From an uncultured delta proteobacterium (lineage in GTDB: Bacteria > Desulfobacterota > Binatia > UBA9968): 64,000 nucleotides of DNA. The stretch lies in contig CAVWLW010000009.1 in the NCBI GenBank assembly GCA_963755715.1, positions 1-64,000 on the forward strand, read 5' to 3'. Positions within the stretch are counted from its first letter, which is position 1. Each line of letters opens with the position of its first letter. Below, piece after piece: positions 31,269-41,634 of this stretch. Both the position numbers and the translations under genes were made by a program. Under the pieces are notes generated by a model. That model saw only the letters and a program-made list of their open reading frames with translations. It did not search any database and was not told the origin of the DNA.

Positions 31269-31856
31269 ATGAGCGATGAAAATCTTAACCCCGACGCGCC
31301 GCTGCATATTCGCGGCTTAAATCATCTCACGATGCCAGTGAAAGACCGCTATCGCGCCGCGCGATTCTATATCGTCGTACTCGGTGCAGAAGCGCATCAT
31401 GAATCGGCTCCGGACCGCGCTGCCAAGGGACTCGCCCGCTCTTTGCAAACCGGCGTTCGCCTTGCCCCCGGCTTCGAGGTCGATCTCTTCGAGCAGAGCT
31501 ACGGCCAGCCCGATTGGAATCAGTCCCATCCGCATTTGGCACTCGATACATCGGCTGAAGACTTGGCGAAGTGGACGGAGCATTTTAAAAAATGGCAGGT
31601 GCCGTTCGTCGGACCGATGACACGCTCCGGCACGACAGGCGCCGAGATTTATTTTAACGATCCCGACGGCAATCACCTCGAAATCCACTGCTCCAACGTG
31701 CCGCAAGCGCAACGCGAGCAATTCCCAGTCGGTCCTTACGACAAAGGTCAATGCGTGCACAAACAAGAGTGGCCGCCGAAGGAATTGGCCGACGAAGCCG
31801 AGCGGCTCTTTCAAGCGTCGCTGGCGCGCATGCGCGAACGCAGACAGCCCCACTGA
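31269..31856 (+). CDS. VOC family protein (HxxHxxE metal triad)
   Basis: LNHLTMPV, HPHLAL, YFNDPDGNHLEI. Confidence 0.92.
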   Translation: MSDENLNPDAPLHIRGLNHLTMPVKDRYRAARFYIVVLGAEAHHESAPDRAAKGLARSLQTGVRLAPGFEVDLFEQSYGQPDWNQSHPHLALDTSAEDLAKWTEHFKKWQVPFVGPMTRSGTTGAEIYFNDPDGNHLEIHCSNVPQAQREQFPVGPYDKGQCVHKQEWPPKELADEAERLFQASLARMRERRQPH

Positions 31857-31874
31857 AACGAAGTTAGAAATGAT

Positions 31875-32166
31875 TTACCACGAAGGTCCCAGCGCGGCTG
31901 AGCCGCAACCGAAACTCGGAGTATCTCCCGCAAAGACGCAAAGGGCGCAAAGTTCGGAGATTGAGGGTGAAAATCATTTATAAGAGTTTTTGTCCTTTCC
32001 CCATAACCTTGGCGCCTTTGCGCCTTGGCGGGAGGAATTCCCGACTCCGAGTACTTTCGATGCCAGATTATTTGCGCAGGCCGCGCAAATTTTTAACTAT
32101 AGTAATACGAAGCGCACGAAGTAGAAGAAAATTAAACCTTCGTGTCCTTCGTGCGCTTCGTGGTGA
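31875..32166. repeat. Nested palindromic repeats: CGCAAAG-type hairpin inside CACGAAG-type hairpin
   Basis: Inner arms 31914-31952 and 32007-32052; outer arm split between 31877 and 32107-32121, partner at 32138-32164. Confidence 0.75.
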
Positions 32167-32216
32167 GTCAATTCCTACGCTTTGAACGACTTGAACGTTT
32201 TGAACGGAGCTTAATC

Positions 32217-33438
32217 ATGCCCGAACTCCACCCCTATCCCCGCTTCTCTCTTGCTGAACGCGACCGGCGTTGGAAAGCCGTGCGCGAGAAAATGGCCGAG
32301 CAAAATATCGACGTCATCGTCACGCCGCAGAACACCGGCCACTCGATGGATTTTCAAGCCAACACCCGTTACTTGACCCACTGCGGCGGCGGCGGTGACG
32401 CCGATATCGCCGCGGTGTTTCCGCTAAACGGCGCGGTCACGGCGATCGCGACGACGGCGAATCCGCGCTGGACCACTACGCAGGATTGGACCACCGATGT
32501 GCGCGAGGCGCGCCGCGAATATGGCAAGATCATCGTCGAGCGCTTAAAAGAATTGAAAATCGAACACGGCCGCATCGGCATCGCCGGCCTCGGCGAAGTC
32601 GAAGGCACGCGCACGCCGGAAGGAACGATTCTGCACGGCACCTACGAAAAAATCCGCGAAGCCTTTCCGCAAGCGGAGATCGTCGACGCCACGCCGATCT
32701 TGACCGAAGTCCGCTACACCAAGAGCGAGGAAGAAATCGCTGCCCTGACCAAATCGATGGAGATCGTCGAGCTTGCCTATCAAGCCGAGATCGAAGCCGC
32801 GCATCCGGGTGTCAAAGACTGGGACGTCTGGGCGTCGACGCAATACGCGCTCATGCGCAACGGCTCGGAAATGCCCGTGCACTGCAATTGGATATCCGGG
32901 AAAAACGTCCGGCGCACATTGACCCGCCCGAGCATGCGCCTTCTCGAGCTCGGCGATCTGATCATCAACGAAGTCGAAGCGTCGTGGATCGGCTACCGCT
33001 CTCAGGGTGTGCAGCCGGTCTTTGTCGGCAAGGCCGATCCGATGCATCAAGAGTTAATCAAAGTGCAGCGCGAGCTCTTCAATCGCGTGATGGAAAACCT
33101 GAAACCCGGCGTAACGGTCAAAGAGCTAGCCGAGTTGACGTTGAAGACAAGCGCGACCGTCGCGCCGAAATCCGGCCCCGCGGCGGGCGCGCGCGGCGAT
33201 TTGAATATGCACGGCCGCGGCGCCGGCGACGACGGTCCGATCATCACCGCGCACGCCAAAAGCCCGCGCCAGCTCGCGATCGCGCTGCAGGAAAATATGG
33301 TGTTCATCTGCAAGCCCTCCGCCATCTCTGCCGACGGTCAATCGATTAGCACCTGGGGCGACACCGTGGTGATCACGAAAAAGCGGCGGCAGGCGACTCG
33401 GCAAACGCCCGCATGATTTAGCCGTATCAGCGGGATGA
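32217..33438 (+). CDS. M24/creatinase-fold protein with non-canonical active site (frameshift ~33385)
   Basis: ERDRRW, RYTKSEEEI, GDLIINEVE, MHGRGAG, ICKP, TWGDTV. Confidence 0.9.
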
Positions 33439-33457
33439 TTACCATGCCGGTCCTATC

Positions 33458-33481
33458 GTAGGGGCGACCGGCGGTCGCCCT
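33458..33481 (+). repeat. GTAG-family REP between convergent genes
   Basis: GTAGGGGCGACC-GGC-GGTCGCCC. Confidence 0.75.
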
Positions 33482-33493
33482 ATTCAGATAATT

Positions 33494-35016
33494 CTAACCC
33501 GCCTTGCGAAACGATCTTTTCCAAGCAAACAAAGCAACCGCGAGCGAGATAATCGTCATCGCCCACGCGAACCAATCGCCGAAACGCACGTAGAAGGTTT
33601 CGCCGTTTAGAATCTCGACTTCGGTTTGCATCGTATCCGCTCTGAACATCGGCAGCGTTTTGACCACTTCGCCTTTGGCGTTCACCAACGAAGTGACGCC
33701 GGTGTTGGTCACGCGCAGCAGGCTACGGCGAGTTTCTATGGCGCGCGATTGCGCGAGCCATAAGTGTTGCCAAGGCCCGACGGTTTTTCCGTACCAGGCG
33801 TCATTGGTGAGATTTACCAGAATATTCGCGCGCGTTTCGCCGACGAACTTACGCGATATGTCCGGCATCAAATCCTCATAGCAGATCAGCGGCGCAATCC
33901 GGACACCTCGAGATAAATTAAAAGCGATAGGCCCCGGTCCGGGCGTGAAGCCCTCGGCGAATGGTATTCCGGGTATAAGCGACAAGATTTTGGCGAACGG
34001 CAAGTATTCGCCGAAGGCAAGTAGTACCTGTTTGTGATAGCGGCCCAGGACCCGTCCTTTAGCGTCAGTGAAAAAAGCCGTGTTAAAGGCTTTGGCGCCG
34101 GGGCGGCCGAGCGTGCCGCGAAAACTTTTCGCGCCGAAGATAAAATAGGTTTGGCTGGACTTGAATGACGGCATCACTTCCGGCGGCAGAGCCGGCAGAT
34201 CCTCCGGCACCAGGAATTCGACCGCCGATTCCGGCCAAATCACCAAGCGCAACCGCATCCAACCGGTCGGTGAGCTTGCGGTGCTCATCAAGATTTTTCT
34301 GTGCCAAAGCAGGGTCCCATTTAAGATCGATATCCACGTTGCCCTGCACCGCGGCCACAGGCAATTTGCGCGCCGTTGCCATGTCCTCTCCGACGCTTTC
34401 AATTCTCTGGAATCCATAGACGAGCGACAATGCGATCACAAAAACCGAACAACCGAGCGGGAGAAAACGAACCGAGGGTTCCTGTTCTCGAGCAAGCCAG
34501 AGCTTGGAACAACGCCGCGTTAAACCAGACAACGATGAAACCAGCGCCGTAAGGTCCAACAAGATCGGCGCTCTGGATAAACCACAAAAATGACACCTGC
34601 GAGTTGGCCACGTGCCAGGGAAAAAGCAGCGGAAATAAAAATTCGAGCGCCACCCAGAACACAGCAGGAAATATGCACAAGGGACCGAGCCCGACGCTGC
34701 GCACCAGCAGCGCAAAGAGCGCCATTTGAATGGCCTGCAACGCGGCATAGAGCAGAAAGACGATCGCGCTTATGGAATAAGGAAAGCCGCCAAAGGCACT
34801 GATCGTATAGACCAGCCAGTGAAATCCAATCAGATGCGCGACAAAGCCCATGAACCAGCCGCAAAACACCGCCTTGCGAAATGTTCCCGCGCGCTGAATT
34901 GCCCAAAAGAGCGGCACGAACGAGAGCCAAGCCAGCGGAAACAAGCGCGGCTCGAGGAAAGGCGCCGCCAGCAGGGCCGCGGAGAGCATCGAGAGAAGCA
35001 TTTTTACCAATATCAC
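33494..35016 (-). CDS. lnt: Apolipoprotein N-acyltransferase (frameshifts ~34510, ~34250)
   Basis: VQGNV, IWPESA, YHKQVLLAFGEYLP, PLICYED, NLTNDAWYG, RAIET across three ORFs. Confidence 0.95.
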
Positions 35017-35061
35017 GGGTGAAATTATCGCGGCTGGGCAGATCGGAGGAAAACCGGCAAA

Positions 35062-35634
35062 CTAAATTTGCTTGACGCGAAAGTCATAGACGAGCTCAAG
35101 AAACTGCACGATGATCCTCGCGGTTACGCCCCACACGTCCCAGCCATTCACGTAGAAGTGATAACTCGGGTGGCGGCCCGGTGAAAGATGTCCGTCTTGA
35201 GTAAAGTTCGCTTGCTCCATCAGTGACTCGATCCGCACCGAGGCCACCGCGGTGGTCTCCGCGGGATCGAGGCGAAACTCGCAATGCGCCGGGATCACGC
35301 CGACGACGGGCGTAACGACGAGACCGTAACCCGCGGTGAACTCATCTAAACGGCCCAGTACGGTCACGCACTCAGGACCGATGCCGATTTCTTCGTAGCA
35401 CTCGCGCAAGGCGGTTTCCGTTACGTCGGCGTCGCGCGCATCGACTCGTCCGCCCGGAAAGGCGATCTGCCCTTTATGAGTGCGCAGATGATCGGCCCGC
35501 TTGGTCAGCACGAGATAATCGCCGTCCCGCCGCTCTTGGATCGGTATCAATACCGCGGCGGGCTTATGGCCGTTGCCGGTAATTGCCTGCGGCGAGCGGG
35601 CTTGGAGGGCTTTGGCGATTTTTTCTGCAATCAT
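35062..35634 (-). CDS. CoA pyrophosphatase (Nudix, NudL/Pcd-like)
   Basis: AAVLIP, LTKRADHLRTHKGQIAFPGG, TALRECYEEIGI, WGVTA. Confidence 0.93.
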   Translation of the reverse strand: MIAEKIAKALQARSPQAITGNGHKPAAVLIPIQERRDGDYLVLTKRADHLRTHKGQIAFPGGRVDARDADVTETALRECYEEIGIGPECVTVLGRLDEFTAGYGLVVTPVVGVIPAHCEFRLDPAETTAVASVRIESLMEQANFTQDGHLSPGRHPSYHFYVNGWDVWGVTARIIVQFLELVYDFRVKQI

Positions 35635-35752
35635 TGCTGGGAAACTTTTTTGATCCGTAGGATCTATGATAGAACCAAATTCAAATTTAACCAAACTATA
35701 GGGGAAAGGGGGAGTGGTTCATTTTAATTGGCCATGAGTCTTCACACGAGAA

Positions 35753-35823
35753 AGATTCCTCGCGTCCGCTCGGAATGACAACTAACTAAAAAAGCGTGTC
35801 ATCTCGAACGAAGTGAGAGATCT
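35753..35823. repeat. GTCAT-type palindromic repeat pair
   Basis: AGATTCCTCGCGTCCGCTCGGAATGACA...TGTCATCTCGAACGAAGTGAGAGATCT. Confidence 0.75.
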
Positions 35824-35861
35824 TTCCCAAACTGAACCACTACCGGAAAAAACCTAGCGCC

Positions 35862-36518
35862 GTGAAAGACCGCGACATTCACGCAGCGATTCGAATCCTG
35901 CGCCGTGAAGTGCCCAAGTGGGAAACGCCGATCGTGACCCTTATGGCGGAAACCTACGAAAGCCCCTTCCGCGTGCTGATTTCCTGTATTCTCAGCTTGC
36001 GCACGCAGGATTCGACCACCGCCAAAGCGTCGCATCGCCTATTTGCTGTGGCGGATACGCCGCAAGCGATGGTGAAACTTTCGGCGAAAAAAATCGAGAA
36101 GCTGATCTACCCCGTCGGCTTTTACAAAACCAAGGCAAAAAATATTCTCGAAATCTGCCGGACATTAATCGACGAATACGGCGGCAAAGTTCCCGACGAA
36201 ATCGACGACCTGCTAAAGTTCAAAGGCGTCGGGCGCAAGACCGCAAATCTAGTGGTAACCCTTGGTTACAAAAAACCGGGAATCTGCGTCGACACGCACG
36301 TGCATCGGATTTCGAACCGCTGGGGCTACGTCGCCACGAAAACGCCGGAGAAAACCGAAATCGCGCTGCGCGCAAAGCTTCCCAAGCAATACTGGATCGA
36401 ATACAACGATCTTCTGGTGAGTTTCGGCCAGCATCTGTGCCGGCCGATCTCTCCCGTTTGCAGCGACTGTCCGGTCAAAAAATATTGTCGGCAAATCGGC
36501 GTAACCACGAGGCGATGA
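35862..36518 (+). CDS. nth: Endonuclease III
   Basis: HhH GVGRKTAN, VDTHVHRI, CRPISPVCSDCPVKKYC 4Fe-4S motif. Confidence 0.96.
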   Translation: MKDRDIHAAIRILRREVPKWETPIVTLMAETYESPFRVLISCILSLRTQDSTTAKASHRLFAVADTPQAMVKLSAKKIEKLIYPVGFYKTKAKNILEICRTLIDEYGGKVPDEIDDLLKFKGVGRKTANLVVTLGYKKPGICVDTHVHRISNRWGYVATKTPEKTEIALRAKLPKQYWIEYNDLLVSFGQHLCRPISPVCSDCPVKKYCRQIGVTTRR

Positions 36519-36520
36519 AG

Positions 36521-37750
36521 ATGGCGCAAAAAATTCCCTCAGGTTATTTCGCTCGGAATATCGAACCGCTCGGCTATCACGATTTAGACGGCAAGCCGGC
36601 ATTTAAATTGGCGATGCAGGAAGTGAATCGTCGCTGGTATCTTTACGTCGCCCATCTCTGGCATCGCGGCTGGAGCGTGCTCGACGTCACCGACCCGACG
36701 GCGCCGGAGTTTTGCAATTTTGTTCCCGGGCCGGAAAATACCTGGACGATTCAGGTCCAGGTCGCCGAAGACAAGATGATCGCCGGCCTCGAACGCATCG
36801 CGCCGGGCTGGGGCGGCGCCGACGGCCACCCGTTCACCGAAGGTTTTTTCATCTTCGACGTGAGCGCGCCAACCGAGCCAAAAAAAATCGGTCATTTCCA
36901 AACCGGCAGCACGGGCACGCATCGCAATTTCTACGACGGCGGCAATCTGGTTCATGCCGCAGCAGGCGCGCCGGGTTTAACCGGAAAAATTTACCGCATC
37001 GTCGATATCGCCGATCCGGGCGCCCCGCGCGAAGTCGGCCGCTTTTCATTGCCGGAGCAGGCGCAAGGTGCAACGACGAACGGCTTGAAATTTTCTTGCC
37101 ACGGCCCGGCGCATATCGAAGGCGATCGCGCCTATCTTTCCTACGGCGACGGCGGCGGCATCATCCTCGACGTTGCCGACATGTCGCAGCCAAAATTGAT
37201 CAGCCAAATCGCTTTTCGCGGCATCACAGCCACGCAAGGAATCCATACCTATCTGCCGCTGCCAAGGCGCAAAATGGCATTAATCAATGACGAAGCGATT
37301 CGCGAGAATGGCGACGAGAATCTCAACATGGCGGGGATCGTCGATATCAGCGACGAAAAGCGGCCGCGCATGCTGTCCCTCTTCCCGCTGCCCGAACCCG
37401 CGCCGGAAAGCGAGCTGAAGAATTTTTACGAGAAAGCCGGCCGCTTCGGCCCGCACAACCATCATCATCCGAATCATCAACTCTGTCTCGAAGATCGAGA
37501 CGACGTCGCTTATCTCACGTATTTCAATGCTGGACTGAGAGTCTATGATATTCGCGACGCCCGCCAGCCCAAAGAGATCGCCAATTTCGTGCCTGCGGAC
37601 CCAACGATGCGAATCGGCCTCAAGCCAAGCCGATTAGCCGCGCAATCCGAAGACGTGCTCGTCGACCGGCGCGGCTGTATTTATCTGAGCGATAAAAATC
37701 ATGGGATTCACATTCTGCGGGTCAAAGAAATTTGGTCGTATGCGGCGTAA
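36521..37750 (+). CDS. LVIVD-repeat beta-propeller protein
   Basis: Repeats VLDVTDP, IFDVSAP, IVDIADP, ILDVAD, IVDISD, VYDIRD; RFGPHN, YFNAGLRVYD. Confidence 0.88.
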   Translation: MAQKIPSGYFARNIEPLGYHDLDGKPAFKLAMQEVNRRWYLYVAHLWHRGWSVLDVTDPTAPEFCNFVPGPENTWTIQVQVAEDKMIAGLERIAPGWGGADGHPFTEGFFIFDVSAPTEPKKIGHFQTGSTGTHRNFYDGGNLVHAAAGAPGLTGKIYRIVDIADPGAPREVGRFSLPEQAQGATTNGLKFSCHGPAHIEGDRAYLSYGDGGGIILDVADMSQPKLISQIAFRGITATQGIHTYLPLPRRKMALINDEAIRENGDENLNMAGIVDISDEKRPRMLSLFPLPEPAPESELKNFYEKAGRFGPHNHHHPNHQLCLEDRDDVAYLTYFNAGLRVYDIRDARQPKEIANFVPADPTMRIGLKPSRLAAQSEDVLVDRRGCIYLSDKNHGIHILRVKEIWSYAA

Positions 37751-37855
37751 GTCTGAACGGAAAGCGTTCTTCGCTTTTTTCTCAGGCGAAAAGACAAGCG
37801 CCACCGATCCCGGTGGCGCTTGAATGTGAATATGTGAAGCGAGAGCTCTTTTCTG

Positions 37856-38179
37856 CTACGGTTTCATCGATTCGGGAAAATATTTCGAAGGCGCCCAGAC
37901 ATTGACCGTGAAGTGGTTGCAACCGAGAATGCGCAACTCGCGCATGATGCGAATATAGTCTTGAGAATCGATAAAGTCGCGCCAGTTGTCCAAGGTCTCG
38001 AAGTCGATGGTAATGGCGACATGCGGTGTTACTTCCAAAGGATTTCGGTAGTTGCGAACCTCGATCACGCCCTTGTGCGCCAGCGTAGTCGGCAGCCAAT
38101 CGTTTTTAGCCTTGTTCGCGTAGATCGTCAGGTTCGCCTTTTGATCCGGCAAATCCCACTGAATGACGAAGTGGACCAT
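37856..38179 (-). CDS. Small dimeric alpha+beta barrel-like hypothetical protein
   Basis: 107 aa, directly downstream of the SDR gene. Confidence 0.7.
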   Translation of the reverse strand: MVHFVIQWDLPDQKANLTIYANKAKNDWLPTTLAHKGVIEVRNYRNPLEVTPHVAITIDFETLDNWRDFIDSQDYIRIMRELRILGCNHFTVNVWAPSKYFPESMKP

Positions 38180-38192
38180 GATCGTATCCTTC

Positions 38193-38984
38193 TTACTGTG
38201 TCGCCCTGACTAAACCGCCGTCGACCGCGATCGTCGTGCCGGTGATGTAGGTGCCTCGATCCGAGCCGAGAAACACGATGAGATCAGCGACCTCTTCTGC
38301 CGTCCCGTAGCGGCCGAGCGGCACTTCGGCCGCCATCTCTCGATTGATGTCTTCCACCGGCCGCTTCAGGCGATCGGCCCGCGCCTTGTTCAATTTCTGC
38401 GCGCGCTCGGTATCGATCCGCCCAGGGCAAATATTATTAAACAGAATATTGTCACCGGCGAGCTCGCGCGAAAGAGTCTTCGCCCAACCGATGACCGCGC
38501 TGCGCACTGCATTAGACAGAACCAATCCGGCGATCGGCTCCTTGACGGAATAAGAAGTAATGTTGACGACTTTGCCGCCGCCGACCTTGCGCATGTGCGG
38601 AACCGCTTCGCGGGTCATGCGCATGGTGCTCATGAAACTCAGATTAAAGGCGCTCTGCCAATCCTCGTCGGTAAATTTCATGAAATCGCCCGGAGGCGGT
38701 CCGCCGGCGTTGTTGACGATGATGTCCAAGCGGCCGAAGTGTTCGGCGCTCTGATTGACGAACTTTTTTATGTCCTCCGGCTTCGCCATATCGGCCACCA
38801 TGGCCAGCACCTCGCCGCCGGTTTCTTTGCGAATCATGGCCGCGGCTTCGTTAAGTGCTGCTTCGCCGCGCGCGCAGATCGCCACTTTTGCCCCTTCACG
38901 AGCGAATCCCGATGCCGTCGCGCGGCCCATCCCCTGGCTGGCGCCAGCCACCAAGGCAACCTTACCTTTTAATCCTAAATCCAT
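38193..38984 (-). CDS. SDR family oxidoreductase
   Basis: MDLGLKGKVALVAGASQGMG, NNAGGPPPG, LSNAVR, CPGRIDT. Confidence 0.95.
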   Translation of the reverse strand: MDLGLKGKVALVAGASQGMGRATASGFAREGAKVAICARGEAALNEAAAMIRKETGGEVLAMVADMAKPEDIKKFVNQSAEHFGRLDIIVNNAGGPPPGDFMKFTDEDWQSAFNLSFMSTMRMTREAVPHMRKVGGGKVVNITSYSVKEPIAGLVLSNAVRSAVIGWAKTLSRELAGDNILFNNICPGRIDTERAQKLNKARADRLKRPVEDINREMAAEVPLGRYGTAEEVADLIVFLGSDRGTYITGTTIAVDGGLVRATQ

Positions 38985-39126
38985 TCTTGCTTGTCCCCCC
39001 GGTCGTTTACGTGTGCCGGATACTAGCAAACCGTATACAAGGGGTCAAAAGAGAAAGCGCAAATTTGCGCTGACGTAAATCGGCGAGAAACGCAGCGACC
39101 CGCGCCACGCCTGATCGACTCGACTG

Positions 39127-39372
39127 CTACTTTTGCTGCCAATAAATGTTGTCGCGGAACTCCGGCTGCAAACGTTTAATATAGAGACAGAGCATGCCGT
39201 GCACGCCGAGTTGGCGCAGTTTGCGCGGGTCGCCGGCGCGCAGCGCGTCTTTCTCTTCGGTGGTCAGGTCGTAATCAGCCATCACCCGTTCAAAATCTTT
39301 GAGTGAGCTTTGATAGACGGCTTCTTTCATCTTGAGATCGAATAGCAGACGGCTCAAATCATAACAGCTCAC
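39127..39372 (-). CDS. LigA-like small subunit of an aromatic ring-opening dioxygenase
   Basis: YDLTTEEKDALRAGDPRKLRQLGVH; GTG start overlaps the LigB-like stop. Confidence 0.85.
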   Translation of the reverse strand: MSCYDLSRLLFDLKMKEAVYQSSLKDFERVMADYDLTTEEKDALRAGDPRKLRQLGVHGMLCLYIKRLQPEFRDNIYWQQK

Positions 39373-40235
39373 AACGACCTCCAACTGACGAATCCCCAAC
39401 CCGTGGCGACAAAGTCCGGCATGTAAGCGGTGTACGATGCCTTCGCGTCACCGACGGCGCCGATCACGACCATCCAATTGAGAAACTCGGTATCGCCCGC
39501 TTGCAAAAGATCTTGGACGGAATAATCGACCAGACTCTTGCCCTTGCCTTGGCGCATCACCTCGAGGAGCTGGTGATCGAAAGTTTCGTCGATCTCGCCG
39601 ATCCGCGGCGAGCCGGGGAAGTGCGACAAGCCGCCAGTGGCGAGGATCGCCACGCGTTCTTGGAAATTCTCCGCCACCGCGCGAATCAGCTCGCCGACTT
39701 GATAGCAGCGCCGTGGCGACGGCGCCGGATCGACCCACGTGTTCACATAAACCGGAAGAATAGGAATCTTCGCTTCGCGCAGCAAGAAATAGAGCGGCAC
39801 GTTCTGCGTATGCTGCAACTCGATGTGCTCGCCGTACGAAAAATCGATGCCTCTATCCATGCCCGCACGAATGATCGCTTTACCCAGCTCTTTGTGATTT
39901 CGGTAGTGAAAGCTATGACGCGTAAACTGCCCTTTGACTTCGTCGCCGATGGTGACAAAGAAGGTCGGAATATTGTTCCAAAAAAAGTTGACGAATTGAT
40001 CGTTGGCAACGACGATCAAAACGTCGGGTTTGGCTTGTTCCAAATCTTCGCGCAAAACGGCAAATGCAGCCTCAGCATCTTGCCTAAGTTTTTTCTGCTG
40101 CTCGAATGTCGGCCGGTTCGCAGAAGCTTGCGGCGCCATGCTGTAGTGAAGATCCATGAAATCTTCCCATTCGCGTCCCGGCTCAAGTAGGATGTTCGGT
40201 GCATGGCTCGCAGCCAAAGCGGATACAAGAGGCAT
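39369..40235 (-). CDS. Class III extradiol dioxygenase (LigB/MhpB-like)
   Basis: ASHAP, KPDVLIVVANDQ, ATGGLSHFPG, IDETFD, TEFLNW. Confidence 0.92.
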   Translation of the reverse strand: MPLVSALAASHAPNILLEPGREWEDFMDLHYSMAPQASANRPTFEQQKKLRQDAEAAFAVLREDLEQAKPDVLIVVANDQFVNFFWNNIPTFFVTIGDEVKGQFTRHSFHYRNHKELGKAIIRAGMDRGIDFSYGEHIELQHTQNVPLYFLLREAKIPILPVYVNTWVDPAPSPRRCYQVGELIRAVAENFQERVAILATGGLSHFPGSPRIGEIDETFDHQLLEVMRQGKGKSLVDYSVQDLLQAGDTEFLNWMVVIGAVGDAKASYTAYMPDFVATGWGFVSWRSL

Positions 40236-40395
40236 AGGCAACTCCTCAGTGAATTGCAAAAATCCTATTCCCCGACCTGGGAAAAAGCAACCGCGAGATC
40301 GGATGAAGAGAACACTCCCGGCAAGTGCCCGAAGCAATCAATTTCGCGGATGATTCGAATAGAAAAATCGGCGAGACTCGAATGCGAGGCGTAAA

Positions 40396-40533
40396 TCAGA
40401 GCATCCGATAATTGCGCACGGAAAAATAAATCAACGCGACTACCGCGACCACTGATATGATCGGATGGTTCAAAACCCACGCGAATGACGGGTTCATGAT
40501 ATTGTGAATTATATACTCGATAAACCTATCCAT
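40396..40533 (-). CDS. Small single-TM membrane protein
   Basis: MDRFIEYIIHNIMNPSFAWVLNHPIISVVAVVALIYFSVRNYRML; RBS GGAG. Confidence 0.65.
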   Translation of the reverse strand: MDRFIEYIIHNIMNPSFAWVLNHPIISVVAVVALIYFSVRNYRML

Positions 40534-40838
40534 GTGATCTCCATTCCCTCGCGTTGGTCGGCCACAGTTTAACACAAAAGCGATCTTGTCGGAAAAGACC
40601 GAAATCGAAATCGGCAACCCAGCGACCAAAGCGCCAGCAGCCAAAGCCCAAAATAGCCGAGTTGCTGCCAACTTGGCAATCTAAGGAGTAATGTGGAGAT
40701 TATTTGTACAAGTTTGCCTATTTTAGGCCATTTCTGGACAGAATCGCAGCGTAACGACGATTGAAACAGCCTGCCCTTTCTGAGCAACACCCGCTAAAAA
40801 TCAGCGTTTTCTCATGATCAAGCGAAAACCAGCGAGAC

Positions 40839-40854
40839 TGGCATTGCCGTTGCT
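40839..40854 (+). promoter_or_regulatory. Putative sigma54 promoter
   Basis: TGGCATTGCCGTTGCT, close to consensus TGGCAC-N5-TTGCW. Confidence 0.7.
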
Positions 40855-40892
40855 CTCTTTGCCGGACATCAAGTTTATTGGAGGAGCGATCA

Positions 40893-41042
40893 ATGAAACT
40901 ACTATTAGCGACAATGTTCAAGAAATTGCCAGTGAGAACGACCAAACAGCGCGCCACGATTTGTAAACGCTGTGGCACGCGCATCTATTCGTTGAGTTAT
41001 TTGAAAGCGCATTTAGAAGCTCACGACAGAAAAACTCATTAA
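40893..41042 (+). CDS. 49-aa microprotein with canonical C2H2 zinc finger (not in the ORF track)
   Basis: MKLLLATMFKKLPVRTTKQRATICKRCGTRIYSLSYLKAHLEAHDRKTH; RBS GGAGGA at 40880-40885. Confidence 0.75.
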   Translation: MKLLLATMFKKLPVRTTKQRATICKRCGTRIYSLSYLKAHLEAHDRKTH

Positions 41043-41066
41043 GCGAAAAAACAAAGGAAATGTACG

Positions 41067-41440
41067 ATGGAGCTTTCGATTATTCCCTGGCAGGTGTTCC
41101 TTGACGCGTTGCATAAACAACAATCGGGCACGCTGGAACTTTGGCTGCGCAGTTGGTTATTTAGCAACGAAGGCGTGATGCTCGCCGACGATAGTTTCGC
41201 AACGACGGATTATTCGTCTGTTCCCGGGTGATGACAAAAGTTTCTGCAACTGCAAAATGGCTGGGACGAATGTCGAATCGGCCCGACAAAAATCTGCCGG
41301 CGACGAGATGGTCTCGGCAGAGTTCCTGCCCAAGCAAGACCGCCGCGAGCTAAACAGCCCTGCAACCATCCGCTGGCTCTCGTCGTCGATCGAACGGAAA
41401 GAGAACTGCGCGAACTGGAAGTCATGTTAAGCAATCGTCC
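41067..41440 (+). pseudogene. Possible degraded DUF5335-like gene
   Basis: IPWQVFLDALHKQQ and downstream NHPLALVVDRTERELRELEV; interrupted by stops. Confidence 0.3.
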
Positions 41441-41634
41441 GAACTGTAGCCGATGGACGCCGGAGAACGGGCCGATCATGGCCGTGTTGTCGAGCGCAGA
41501 GAGCCAAGACCACAAAGCACCTGAAGATTTGACCTGAGACCAGCCATCTTTTTCTGCCCCTTAGCCCTGCTGCGCGGTTAGCCGGACGGCAGAGATCACC
41601 GTAAAATTAATTTAGATCAAACGAGGAACCGCAA

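Noticed and set aside
35918-37750. 610-aa ORF overlapping nth
   Set aside because: The first ~200 aa are an off-frame reading of nth; the real LVIVD gene starts near 36521.
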